Made by a program: the position numbers and the translations under genes. This document shows positions 47,609 through 57,129 of a DNA stretch of 64,000 bases, piece after piece. The DNA lies in assembly GCA_027315165.1 (NCBI GenBank), contig DAHUYN010000003.1:27990-91989 (forward strand), read 5' to 3'. The stretch's first letter is position 1; every line of letters begins with the position of its first letter. Under the pieces are notes generated by a model, which saw only the letters and a program-made list of their open reading frames with translations, searched no databases and had not been told where the DNA came from. The stretch is from Thermoplasmata archaeon. Its GTDB lineage: Archaea; Thermoplasmatota; Thermoplasmata; Lutacidiplasmatales; UBA184.

Positions 47609-48355
47609 CTAGGGGCGCGGGCCCTTGACCGCCGGCGGCAGCCGCTGGGTGAACTTCTGGATCTCGTCGGAGGCGAGCCGGTCGAGCCCCTCGCCGACCT
47701 GCAGCGTGCAGACCTCGACCTGGCTCAGGTTCGCCCCCTCGTCGAGCGCCTGCCGGAGCCCCTCGAGGGCGAGGACGATCGCGCTGTCGCGGTCCATGCC
47801 GGGCTTGTACTTCTGCTCGAACAGCTCCATCACGGGGCCCTTGTTGCCGCCGGTGGAGGTCGCCTTGAAGCTCGTGAGCGAGCCCGAGGGCTCGGTCTCG
47901 AACAGGTGGATCCCGTCGTCGTCGTAGCCGCCGACCAGGAGCGCCGTCCCGAACGGGCGGACGCCCCCGAACTGCGTGTACTGCTGCTTGTAGTCGCAGA
48001 TGCGCCGGACGAGCAGCTCGACGGGGATCGGCTCGGCGTAGGTGACGCGGTTGATCTGCGCGGTGAGGCGCGCGTACTCGACGAGCACACGCGCGTCGGC
48101 GACGAGCCCGGCCGTCGCGCAGGCGGCGTGCTCGTCGATCTGGTGGATCTTCTCGAGGCTCGCCGGCTCGGCGAGCTTCGGGTTGGGGATCCGGCGGTCC
48201 GCGACGAGGACGACGCCGTTCTGGTAGACGACACCGGCGGTCGTCGCGCCGCGCCGGACGGCCTCGCGGGCGTACTCGACCTGGAAGAGCCGGCCGTCGG
48301 GCGAGAACACCGTGATCGCCCGGTCGTAGGCCATCTGGCCCGGTTGCATCTCCAT
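47609..48355 (-). CDS. psmA: Proteasome subunit alpha
   Basis: YDRAITVFSPDGRLFQVEYA, GLVADAR, GVRPFG. Confidence 0.98.
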   Translation of the reverse strand: MEMQPGQMAYDRAITVFSPDGRLFQVEYAREAVRRGATTAGVVYQNGVVLVADRRIPNPKLAEPASLEKIHQIDEHAACATAGLVADARVLVEYARLTAQINRVTYAEPIPVELLVRRICDYKQQYTQFGGVRPFGTALLVGGYDDDGIHLFETEPSGSLTSFKATSTGGNKGPVMELFEQKYKPGMDRDSAIVLALEGLRQALDEGANLSQVEVCTLQVGEGLDRLASDEIQKFTQRLPPAVKGPRP

Positions 48356-48496
48356 AGACCCTCGAGGACCGCTGGGGCACCGATGCCCTCCTTATAACGC
48401 CGAAGGCCGAGGTAACCCCGAGGTAGGCGCGCCGAAGGGGCCCGCGCGGGCGCGTCGGCCCGGCAACCGTTTAGCCGCGGCGGTCTCGGGGAGGGG

Positions 48497-50611
48497 ATGC
48501 CCGACCGCGCGCCCTCCTCCGACCCGCTTCGGGCTCAACGGCTCGACGGCGCGGCCTCGGCCTACCTGCGAGGCGCCGCCGAGCAGCCGATCGACTGGTA
48601 TCCTTGGGGTCCCGAGCCGTTCGAGGTGGCGCGGCGCACCGACCGGCCGATCCTCCTCGACATCGGAGCGGTCTGGTGCCACTGGTGCCACGTGATGGAC
48701 GAGGGGACCTACGCCGACGCCGAGGTCGCGCGGCTCCTCGGGCAGCATTTCGTCGCGGTGAAGGTCGACCGCGACGAGCGCCCGGAGGTCGACCGGCGCT
48801 ACCAGCGCCAGGTGAGCGCGCTCGCCGGGCAGGGCGGCTGGCCCCTCACCGCCTTCCTCACCCCGTCGGGGGAGGCGTTCCTCGGCGGGACCTACTTCCC
48901 GCCGGAGGACGGCCTCGGCCGGCCGGGGTTCCGGCGGGTCCTTCGGGAGGTGGCGCGGATCTGGCGGGAGGAGCGCGACAAGGCGCTCGGGAACGTCCGG
49001 GCCGCCGCCGAGGCGCTCGCCCGGCAGTCCGAAGCGCCGCGCGCCGGCGCACGGGCCCCCGACGCGGCGTTCCTCGCGAGCGTTCTCGAGCAGGTCCACG
49101 CCTCCTACGACCCTATCAACGGGGGCTTTGGTTTCGCGCCGAAGTTCCCTCATCCGACGGCGGTCTCCTACCTGCTCTACGCCGGGTACGCCCAAGGGGA
49201 CGCGAGGGCCCCCGCTCGGGCCGTCGAGACGCTCCTGCGGATGGCCGACGGCGGGATCTACGATCACGTCGGCGGGGGCTTCCACCGCTACGCGACCGAC
49301 GAAGCGTGGCACATCCCGCACTTCGAGAAGATGGCGAGCGACAACGCCTCGCTGCTCAGCGCCTACGTCGAGGGGGCACGACGCTCTCCCGAGCCGCGCC
49401 TTCTCGAGACGATCGAGGGGACGCTCGCGTGGGCCGAGGCGGCGCTCGGGGACCCCCGCGGAGGCTGGGGCGCGAGCCAGGACGCCGACAACGCCCCGGG
49501 CGACGACGGGAGCTACTTCACCTGGAGCCGAGCGGAGCTCAAGGAGGCCCTCACGCCCGAGGAGCTCAAGCTCGTCGTCCGCCATTTCGGCGTCGGGAGC
49601 GAGGGCCGGATGCCGCACGACCCCGATCGGAACGTCCTCTTCCGGCTGATGCCCGTAGGCGAGGCGGCGAGCGGCGTCGTCGCGCCGGAGGCCGCCCCGG
49701 CGCTCCTCGCCTCGGCGCTCGTCAAGCTTCGGGAGGCCCGCGCCCGACGGCCGACGCCGTTCGTCGACCGGGCCCTCTACGCGGACCTCAACGGGGACTT
49801 TGTCCGGGGGGTCGCCACCGCCGGCACGCTCCTCGAGCGTCCGGCGCTCGTGGCGCTCGCCCGCGCGTCCGCGAACCGGTTCCTCGCCCACGCCTACGAC
49901 GACGAGCTGGGCGTCGCCCACTGCCTCGGGCCGGACGGGGCCTCGGGTCGTGGCCACCTCGAGGACCAGGCGATGTTCGCGCTCGGCCTCGTCGAGCTCG
50001 CCGCCGCGACGGCCGACCCGGCGTACTCTACTCCCGCCGAAAGACTCCTCGATCTCGTCTTCGCCGAGTACCGGGGCGCCGACGGCCGGCTCGCCGACCT
50101 CGCGTCGCGGCTCTACGACGGGCCGAAGGTCGCGTCGCTCGCGGCGCCGACGTTCCCCGCGGAGGACAACCCGCACCTCGCACCGCCGGCCGCGATTGCG
50201 ATCGCCCTCCTGCGACTCCACGCCCTCACGGGCGCGCCCGGCCCGCGCGATCGAGCGCGGGAGCTCCTCGCCTCGTGCGTCCCGGCGGTCGAGGGGGCCG
50301 GCCTCTTCGCGAGCGGCACCGCGCTCGCGGTCGGGCTGGCGGGAACGCCGGCCGCCCGCGTCGTCGTCGAGGGGAGCGGCCCCGAGGCGGCCGCCCTCCT
50401 CAAGGCCGCGCGGCGGACCTATCACCCGAACCTGGTCGTCTTCGCCGGCGTGCCCCCGGAGCCGTTCTCCCTGCCGGAGGAGCTCGGGGCGGGCCGGGCC
50501 CGAGCGTCTCCGCGCGCCCTGGTCTGCTTCGGCGACCGGTGCCTCGCCCCCGTCACCGAGCCTTCCCGGCTCGCTTCGCTGCTGGCGGCCGGGGGCCGGG
50601 ACGCGTCGTGA
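48497..50611 (+). CDS. YyaL/DUF255 thioredoxin-domain protein
   Basis: WCHWCHVM, KVDRDERP, GGWPLT, GGGFHRY, PHFEKM. Confidence 0.93.
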   Translation: MPDRAPSSDPLRAQRLDGAASAYLRGAAEQPIDWYPWGPEPFEVARRTDRPILLDIGAVWCHWCHVMDEGTYADAEVARLLGQHFVAVKVDRDERPEVDRRYQRQVSALAGQGGWPLTAFLTPSGEAFLGGTYFPPEDGLGRPGFRRVLREVARIWREERDKALGNVRAAAEALARQSEAPRAGARAPDAAFLASVLEQVHASYDPINGGFGFAPKFPHPTAVSYLLYAGYAQGDARAPARAVETLLRMADGGIYDHVGGGFHRYATDEAWHIPHFEKMASDNASLLSAYVEGARRSPEPRLLETIEGTLAWAEAALGDPRGGWGASQDADNAPGDDGSYFTWSRAELKEALTPEELKLVVRHFGVGSEGRMPHDPDRNVLFRLMPVGEAASGVVAPEAAPALLASALVKLREARARRPTPFVDRALYADLNGDFVRGVATAGTLLERPALVALARASANRFLAHAYDDELGVAHCLGPDGASGRGHLEDQAMFALGLVELAAATADPAYSTPAERLLDLVFAEYRGADGRLADLASRLYDGPKVASLAAPTFPAEDNPHLAPPAAIAIALLRLHALTGAPGPRDRARELLASCVPAVEGAGLFASGTALAVGLAGTPAARVVVEGSGPEAAALLKAARRTYHPNLVVFAGVPPEPFSLPEELGAGRARASPRALVCFGDRCLAPVTEPSRLASLLAAGGRDAS

Positions 50612-51407
50612 GGACGGCCCCGAGGTCGGTGCCGTCGAGCAGGTAGGCGCGCGGGCGGCCGGGGGCGAGGAACCGGGCCACCAGGAACGAACGGCCCCGG
50701 GCCGGGCGCTCCCGGTTCAGCGCTTCGGCCCCGGCGAGCGGGTTGAAGGCCGGCAGCACGATCACCTCCCGCGCGGCGAGCGGCGGCCGTCGCCGAGGCC
50801 GCCGGGGCGGCGGGGGCGGGACCCGCTCGAGCCGGACCCAGCACCGCTGCTTTGCCGCGGGCGCGTCCGCCGTCGGGGCGAAGCGGAACCCCGGGTGGAG
50901 GTGGCCGAGGACGAGCCGTTCGGCCCCGAGGACCTTCGCGGACGGCCAGGCGTGGCCGTGGACGAGCCCGACCCCGTGCCGCACGACGCCGCCCGGGCCG
51001 TGCACGCGGACCTCTCGCGGCAGCCACTCCGACAGGCCGACGTCGTGGTTCCCGAGGACGACCTCGACCTCGTAGCCGGTCGCGAGGAACGTCGAGAAGA
51101 AGTCGAAGACGACGGGTCGGAGGTAGGGCGGCGTCCCGACGATCGGGTGCTTGACATCGCCGAGGACGAGGAGGCCGCGCGCCGACCGCTCGCCGAGGAG
51201 CGCGAGGAGGTCGAGGGCCATCGCGCGCGCGAGCTCCTCCGGACGGCCGACGCCCGGCCCGGGCCCGGCCCCGAGGCCGAGGTGGAGGTCGGCGAGAACG
51301 ACCGTCGGGCGCGCCCCGGGCCGTGACGGCGCGAGCTCGAGCGCCGGCCGCTCGGGGATCGGGGCCAGCCTCGCCTCGGCCACGGTCGAGGGAGAGGGCC
51401 CGACCAT
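50553..51407 (-). CDS. Metallophosphoesterase (calcineurin-like)
   Basis: ADLHLG, LGDVKH, GNHD, HGH, GHLHP, PAFN. Confidence 0.92.
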   Translation of the reverse strand: MVGPSPSTVAEARLAPIPERPALELAPSRPGARPTVVLADLHLGLGAGPGPGVGRPEELARAMALDLLALLGERSARGLLVLGDVKHPIVGTPPYLRPVVFDFFSTFLATGYEVEVVLGNHDVGLSEWLPREVRVHGPGGVVRHGVGLVHGHAWPSAKVLGAERLVLGHLHPGFRFAPTADAPAAKQRCWVRLERVPPPPPRRPRRRPPLAAREVIVLPAFNPLAGAEALNRERPARGRSFLVARFLAPGRPRAYLLDGTDLGAVLTTRPGPRPPAAKRAGKAR

Positions 51408-51519
51408 AAACCGCCCCGCCCGCGACCCGGCGGGGCGGGCGACCCCGGGCGGCTCCCGGGCCCTCGAGAGGCGCGATGCTAGTCTTTTATGTAGAAGAAG
51501 TAGTAGAGCAACCGGAGCG

Positions 51520-52524
51520 ATGCCGCGGGGAAGCGCGCGCGAGCAGGCGATCGAGCGGGTCCGACGGCTCCTCGCGAGCGTCGGGTTCTACGTCTCCGAC
51601 GCGCACAGCATTCGGCCGACGAGCTTCGATCTCGTCGCACGTCGGGATTCCCTGCTGCTCGTACTCAAGGTCCTCAAGAACATCGACGCGCTCGACCCCG
51701 AGGAGGCCGCGCGCCTTCGGGAGCTGGGCGGCCTGTTCCCGGCCGTCGCGCTCGTGGTCGGCCAGACCTCGGGGACGACGCCGCTCGAGGCCGGGGTCGT
51801 CTACAACCGCTACGGCGTCCCGATCCTCGCCGAAGAGAGCCTCGCCGACTACGTCGGCAAGGGGGTCCCGCCGTTCCTGTTCTCGAGCCCCGGCGGCGTC
51901 TTCGCGCGGATCGACGGGCCGCGCCTGCGGGAGATCCGCGAGGCGCGGAGCCTCTCGCTCGGCGCGCTCGCCTCCGTCGCGGGCGTCTCGCGCCGGACGA
52001 TCCAGCTCTACGAGGACGGCGCCGGGGCCGAGGTCCACGTCGTCGAGCGCCTCGAGGAGTACGTCGGCGAGCCGATCGCGCTCCCCATCGACCTGCTCCG
52101 CCTGCCGCCGTCGGGCCGGACCCCTCGCCGCGAGTCCGACGAGGAGGAGCCGTCCCCGCGCCCGCACGAGCTCTCCCCGACCGGGGACGCGATGCGCGAC
52201 GACGTCTTCCGGCAGCTCGACACGATGGGCTGGGAGGTCGTCGTCACGCTGCGCTGCCCGTTCGACGCGTTCACCCACGGTCCGACGAGCTCCGCCGAGG
52301 AGGTGCTCCTCACCTCCGTCGGGAGCCTGCGCACGGCGCACCACCGCGCCGAGGTCCTCCAGGAGCTTGCGCGCGTCCTCGAGGGGCACGCGCTGTTCGT
52401 CGTGCGCGAGCCGCCCGCGCATCGGTCGGTCGACGGGCTCGCGATCGTCACCGTGCGCGAGCTCCAGCGGCACCGGGACCGCGACGAGCTCGTCGAGCTC
52501 CTCACCGAGCGCGAAGGGCAGTGA
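51520..52524 (+). CDS. Conserved archaeal HTH (XRE-type) transcriptional regulator
   Basis: FDLVARR, LKVLKNID, PGGVFARIDG, SLGALASVAGVSRRTIQLYE, PFDA. Confidence 0.88.
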   Translation: MPRGSAREQAIERVRRLLASVGFYVSDAHSIRPTSFDLVARRDSLLLVLKVLKNIDALDPEEAARLRELGGLFPAVALVVGQTSGTTPLEAGVVYNRYGVPILAEESLADYVGKGVPPFLFSSPGGVFARIDGPRLREIREARSLSLGALASVAGVSRRTIQLYEDGAGAEVHVVERLEEYVGEPIALPIDLLRLPPSGRTPRRESDEEEPSPRPHELSPTGDAMRDDVFRQLDTMGWEVVVTLRCPFDAFTHGPTSSAEEVLLTSVGSLRTAHHRAEVLQELARVLEGHALFVVREPPAHRSVDGLAIVTVRELQRHRDRDELVELLTEREGQ

Positions 52525-53162
52525 TCGCGAGCACGCGCGAGGGTCCCGGGGCGCTGCTCGTCGCGGGGACCGTCCGCGGTCTCACGAGCGAATCGGAGCC
52601 GCTCCTCGAGGCGCTCCGGGCGTTCGGCCCGCGCGCCGTCGGCGTCGGGGTCTCGCGCGAGGAGCTGGACGGGCTCAACGAGCACTTCGTCGGGCGGCCC
52701 TCCGAGCCGCTCGTCGTCCTGAGCCGCGTCGAGCTGTCGGAGGCGAAGGCGCTGAGCCGGTTCGGCGAGGTCCGTGTCCCGAACCCGTCGACGATCGCGG
52801 TCCTCGAGTGGGCGCGTGCGGCCGGCGTGCCCGTCGAGCCGCTCGACCCCACCGACGAGGAGTACGCGGAGCTGTTCACCGACCACATCACCTACCTCGA
52901 GCTCGTGCGGCGGACCCTGCGCGAGCGCCGGCTCGTCCGGGACGCGCCGCCCGAGGCGCGCTCGGCCGAGGAGTTCGCCGGCCGCTGGCACGCGAGCCTT
53001 TCCCGGGGCCGGGGCTCGCGCGCGTTCGACGCGGCCCGGGAGGGCGCGCTCGTCGAGGGGGCGCGGCGCCTCGCGCTCGCCCACGCCCGCGTCGCGGTCG
53101 TCGTCGACCGGGAACGCTACGACGGCGTCCTCAAACGACTCGGGTCGGCCGCGGCCCCGTAG
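52521..53162 (+). CDS. Hypothetical protein with degenerate TraB-like motif order
   Basis: GTGA coupling with the regulator; motif order parallels TraB. Confidence 0.7.
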   Translation: MIASTREGPGALLVAGTVRGLTSESEPLLEALRAFGPRAVGVGVSREELDGLNEHFVGRPSEPLVVLSRVELSEAKALSRFGEVRVPNPSTIAVLEWARAAGVPVEPLDPTDEEYAELFTDHITYLELVRRTLRERRLVRDAPPEARSAEEFAGRWHASLSRGRGSRAFDAAREGALVEGARRLALAHARVAVVVDRERYDGVLKRLGSAAAP

Positions 53163-53174
53163 CGGGACCGGGGA

Positions 53175-53723
53175 CTACTCGTCGTCGTCCTTCTCGAGGA
53201 TCTGCTCGATCCGGCGCCGCGCGGTCGCGCGGAACTCCTCGAGCGGGCCCTCGTTGATGAGCATCCCGTCGGCGAGCGCGAAGGCGGAGCCGATCCCCCA
53301 CTTGAGCTCGCGCCGGTCGCGGTCGAAGAACTCCTGGAGGCCCACGCCGTCGTCACCGCGGCCGCGCTTCATCATGCGGTCGTAGCGCACCTCGGGGGAG
53401 GCGAAGATCCCGAGGACGAACAGGTCGCCGAAGTTGTGCCGGAACACCGCGACCTCGGCGTCGGAGCGGCAGCCGTCCACGAGCATCTTCGTCTCGGTGA
53501 GCTTCGGGAGGGCGCGCTGCGCCCAGATCCCCGGCCCGTGCTTTTCCCGCTCCTCGTTCGCGATGCGCGCGATGTTCGCGTTGTTGAGAGCGAGGCCGCG
53601 GCGGCGGGTCTCGTCGCGCACGAGGTCCCCCATCTTCAGGGTCGCGAGGCCCATCGCGTGCGCGACCTCGACGAGCTCGTCCTTGCCCGAGCCGGGCATC
53701 CCGACGGTGACGATGAGCTTCAT
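53175..53723 (-). CDS. UPF0200 / dephospho-CoA-kinase-like P-loop kinase
   Basis: VGMPGSGK, MGDLVR, VDGCRS, RDRRELKWG, LINEG. Confidence 0.88.
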   Translation of the reverse strand: MKLIVTVGMPGSGKDELVEVAHAMGLATLKMGDLVRDETRRRGLALNNANIARIANEEREKHGPGIWAQRALPKLTETKMLVDGCRSDAEVAVFRHNFGDLFVLGIFASPEVRYDRMMKRGRGDDGVGLQEFFDRDRRELKWGIGSAFALADGMLINEGPLEEFRATARRRIEQILEKDDDE

Positions 53724-54343
53724 CGGGACGACGGAGGCTCTCCTGGAGGTTCGGGGGGAGGGGCCTCGGGGGTGCCCGAGAGCTGCGCGGCGGCCTCTCC
53801 CTGCGTGGCGAGCTGGAGGCGGTCGGCCCGCTGCTTGTAGCTGAGCCCCTCCTGCTCCTCGAGCTTGGCCTGCTCGAGGTAGCGGTCGACCTTCACCTTG
53901 AGCTCCGCGGTCTTCTGCGTCTTCATCGCCGCGCGGTGCTCGAGGGTGCGCGACCGGTGCTGGAGGTCGACGATCTTCTGCTGGAGCTTGCGGATGCGGA
54001 ACTGGAGCTCGGTGATGTCCGAGCCGATCGAGATGCCGCCCGTCTTGTCGGTGCGGGCCTTGATGTCCTTCTCGTGCTGGGACATCTCGCTCTCGAGGTC
54101 CGGGATCTTGGCGAGGACCCCCTGCGCCTTCTCGCGCTGGACCGCGGCCTGGTGCCGGATCTTCTCGATCCGCGTGTTGAGGCGCGCCGCCTTCTGCTGG
54201 TTGCGCGTCGCGGCCCGCTCGTGCTTGGCCGCGATCTCGCGTAGCTTCGTGATGTCCGCGTAGCCCTGGCCCATCCAGCGGGCCTCGCGGTGCGGGAGCG
54301 CGGCACCGGCGGTGGGTGGGGGGGTTCCGCCGCCGTCCGCCAT
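53720..54343 (-). CDS. Coiled-coil hypothetical protein
   Basis: About 150 aa of Q/K/E/R-rich helical sequence; ATGA coupling with downstream kinase. Confidence 0.8.
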   Translation of the reverse strand: MADGGGTPPPTAGAALPHREARWMGQGYADITKLREIAAKHERAATRNQQKAARLNTRIEKIRHQAAVQREKAQGVLAKIPDLESEMSQHEKDIKARTDKTGGISIGSDITELQFRIRKLQQKIVDLQHRSRTLEHRAAMKTQKTAELKVKVDRYLEQAKLEEQEGLSYKQRADRLQLATQGEAAAQLSGTPEAPPPEPPGEPPSSR

Positions 54344-54409
54344 GCCGTCTCCACGAGGGGGGGTCGGGATATAGCGGTTGTCGTGCGCCGGCAGCGCCGG
54401 CCGGCCGGG

Positions 54410-55942
54410 TCACGCGGCGGACGGGCCGGCGTCGTACGAGGCGGGCGGTCGCGGAGGCGCGAAGCGCCCGCCGAGCTGGCCGACGAGCGCCTCGATCGCG
54501 ACGCGCTCCTGGGCGCGGGAATCGCGCTCGCGGAGCGTGACCGTGCCGAAGTTCGCGTTGGCGGGGTCGAGGGTCTCGCCGTCGACGGTGACGCAGTAGG
54601 GCGTGCCGACCTCGTCCATGCGGGCGTAGCGCTTGCCGATCGAGCCGGCGGCATCGTAGGTGGCGCGGATCCCCGCGTCCCGCAGCCGCGCGACGACCTC
54701 GAGCGCGCGTTCCCGATGCTCCTTCTTCAAGAGCGGAAAGACGGCGACCGACCATGGCGCGAGGCAGCGCGAGAGGCGCCACAAGGTCCGTTCGCCCTCG
54801 GTCGTGAGCCCCGTGTCGGCCAGGGCCCAGAGGTTCCGGTCGACCCCGAACGTCAGCTCGAGGACGTGCGGGACGATGCGGCGGTCCGGCGCGACGAGGA
54901 CCTGGAGGTCCTTGCCGGAGCCCTCGGCGTGCCGCGTGAGGTCGTAGTCGCCCCGGTAGTGCAGCGCGCCGAGCTCCTTGTAGCCGCCGAGGCTCTCGAG
55001 GTGGACCTCGACGTCGAACTGGATGCGGTTGTAGAACGCGCGCTCGGTCGCCGACTTCTCGAAGAGCCGGATGCTCTCGGCGGGGTAGCCGAGAACGTCC
55101 CGATAGAACCGGAACGTGTGGGCGAGGTGGAAGACGTAGAACGCCGGCAGCCCCCGCTCGGAGACGAGCGCGGAGGCGGTGACCCACTCCGGCGTCTCGG
55201 CGCCGGCCTCGCGCGCGGCGACACCGAGGATCGGAAGTCGCTCCGACGCGACGGCCTCGAGCGGGGGCGCGAAGGACGCCGGGTCGAAGAAGATCTGGAG
55301 CTCGGCCTGCGTGAACGCGCGCATGCGGAAGAGGACCTGTCGCGGCGCGATCTCGTTGCGGTAGGCGCGGCCGACCACGGCGATGCCGAGGGGCATCGCC
55401 TTGCGACCGACCTCGTACATCCTCGAGAAGGCGAGGTAGCTCGCCTGCGCGGTCTCCGGCGCGAGGTAGCCGCGCTCCTTCCCCGTGACGCCGAGGTCGA
55501 CGCCGAACATCAGGTTGAACGGCCTCGGAACGCTGAGCGTCGGCTTGCCGCACCGGGGGCAGGCGATCCGGTGCTCTCGGAGAAGCCCCCCGATCGCCTC
55601 GAACGTGAGGCCGTCGACCCCCTCGGGTCGGACCTTCTCGAGGATCGTGTCGGCCCGGAACGCGGTGAGGCAGGAGTCGCAGGTCACCTCGGGGTCGGTG
55701 AAGTTCTCGAGGTGGCCCGAGGCGCGGACGACGGCCTCGGGCAGGATGTCCGCCGGCTCGATCTCGTGGTAGTCGTCGGAGAGGCCGACGAACCAGGCGC
55801 TCCAGGCCTCCTCGAGCCGGCGCTTGAGCGCGTGGCCGAGGGGGCCGTAGTCGTAGAGCCCCTGCGCGCCGCCGTAGATCTCGGCCGAGGGCCAGAGGTA
55901 GCCGCGGCGTCGGAGGAGCGCGAACAGCTCGTCGGACTTCAC
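54410..55942 (-). CDS. glyS: Glycine--tRNA ligase (archaeal/eukaryotic type)
   Basis: EIYGG, YDYGPLG, ASGH, PETAQ, RNEIAPR, FGVDR, IGKRYARMDEVGTP. Confidence 0.96.
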   Translation of the reverse strand: MKSDELFALLRRRGYLWPSAEIYGGAQGLYDYGPLGHALKRRLEEAWSAWFVGLSDDYHEIEPADILPEAVVRASGHLENFTDPEVTCDSCLTAFRADTILEKVRPEGVDGLTFEAIGGLLREHRIACPRCGKPTLSVPRPFNLMFGVDLGVTGKERGYLAPETAQASYLAFSRMYEVGRKAMPLGIAVVGRAYRNEIAPRQVLFRMRAFTQAELQIFFDPASFAPPLEAVASERLPILGVAAREAGAETPEWVTASALVSERGLPAFYVFHLAHTFRFYRDVLGYPAESIRLFEKSATERAFYNRIQFDVEVHLESLGGYKELGALHYRGDYDLTRHAEGSGKDLQVLVAPDRRIVPHVLELTFGVDRNLWALADTGLTTEGERTLWRLSRCLAPWSVAVFPLLKKEHRERALEVVARLRDAGIRATYDAAGSIGKRYARMDEVGTPYCVTVDGETLDPANANFGTVTLRERDSRAQERVAIEALVGQLGGRFAPPRPPASYDAGPSAA

Positions 55943-57042
55943 GTCGGTCGCTCTCGTCGTCGGGAGGGCCCGGTCCCTACGATAAGATGTTCGGTCGCAC
56001 GTGCGACCACCTGATAGGCCGGGTCGTCGGGCGGGAGCCGGAGGGCGAGGGGCGGGACGGGTCCGTTCGGCTCGAGGCGGGCGGCGGCCGGGACCCCGAG
56101 CCACTCGTGCGGGACGACGCACGCGGCGCGGAACAGGAACTCCGCGGGCACCGGGCGCCGGGCCAGACGCGCGCTCACGTAGGCGAACTCGAGCTCGCGC
56201 CAGATCGACGGGGAGTGGAACATCGCGTTGTCGGTGCCGAGCATCGTCGCGACCCCCTGTCGGGCGAACTCCGCGAGGTCCGGCCGGCGCCCGAAGAGGG
56301 CGTTCGACCTCGGGCACACGGCCACGGTGACGCCCGCCTTCGCGACGGCGGCGAGGTCGTCCGGGCTCGCTCGCGCCAGGTGGACCAAAAGGTCCGGCCG
56401 CGGCCGCAGGTAGTCGTCGGGCGACTCTCGCACGGACTCGCTCGCGTGCCAGGCGATCCGCTTGCCACGAGCCCGGCAGAGCGCGGCCAGGGTGCGCCGG
56501 GTCGCGCGTCCCTCCTCGGCGACGGAGCTGAGACCGAGCCCGTCCGCGACGGCCAAGAGCGCGTCGACCTCCTCGACCTCGACCGGTCGCGCGAGCGGTC
56601 GGCCGAGCGCGACGACGTTGAGACCGAGGCCGCGCGCCGCGGCCCGAAGCGCCCGGACGCCCTCGAGCCCCTCCTCGCGGAAGTCGATCGCGGCGACGAC
56701 CCCCTGGCGGGACATGAGCGTGAGCGCCCGCCGCATCGCGCGGCGCTTCGCGCCCGCGGCCGTCTCCGCGAGGAGCCGGAACTTGTAGCCGTCGGGCGGG
56801 CGCACGATCGCCTCGAGAGGCTGGTGCGGCGGCTCGCGCGTCGCCACCGCGTCGCCGAGGTGCGTGTGCCCGTTCACGGGCGGCGGAAGGACGATCCCGG
56901 TGACGGTGCGCACGCGCCCCCTCGTCGAGGCCGTGCCGCGCTGCCCCGTCTCGACGAGCGCCCCGTCGCGGAACCGGGCGTAGCCGGGGCGCGCCCCGTC
57001 CGCATCGAGGAGGGCCCCCTCGACCACGAGCTCGACGGGCAC
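55939..57042 (-). CDS. Amidohydrolase family protein (possible nucleoside deaminase)
   Basis: VNGHTHLGD, DFREEG, HASE, VCPRSN, LGTDN. Confidence 0.88.
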   Translation of the reverse strand: MPVELVVEGALLDADGARPGYARFRDGALVETGQRGTASTRGRVRTVTGIVLPPPVNGHTHLGDAVATREPPHQPLEAIVRPPDGYKFRLLAETAAGAKRRAMRRALTLMSRQGVVAAIDFREEGLEGVRALRAAARGLGLNVVALGRPLARPVEVEEVDALLAVADGLGLSSVAEEGRATRRTLAALCRARGKRIAWHASESVRESPDDYLRPRPDLLVHLARASPDDLAAVAKAGVTVAVCPRSNALFGRRPDLAEFARQGVATMLGTDNAMFHSPSIWRELEFAYVSARLARRPVPAEFLFRAACVVPHEWLGVPAAARLEPNGPVPPLALRLPPDDPAYQVVARATEHLIVGTGPSRRRERPT

Positions 57043-57129
57043 GGCCCGCCGACCGCGGTAGGGTATCTAAGCTCCGCCGACCGGCGAGAGGTGCGGAACG
57101 AATAAGCGCCGGCACGTCTGGGGAGCCGC

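Noticed and set aside
51408..51470. GC hairpins (CCGCCCCGCC/GGCGGGGCGG) as an ncRNA
   Set aside because: Pure G/C stems arise easily at this composition; no family features.
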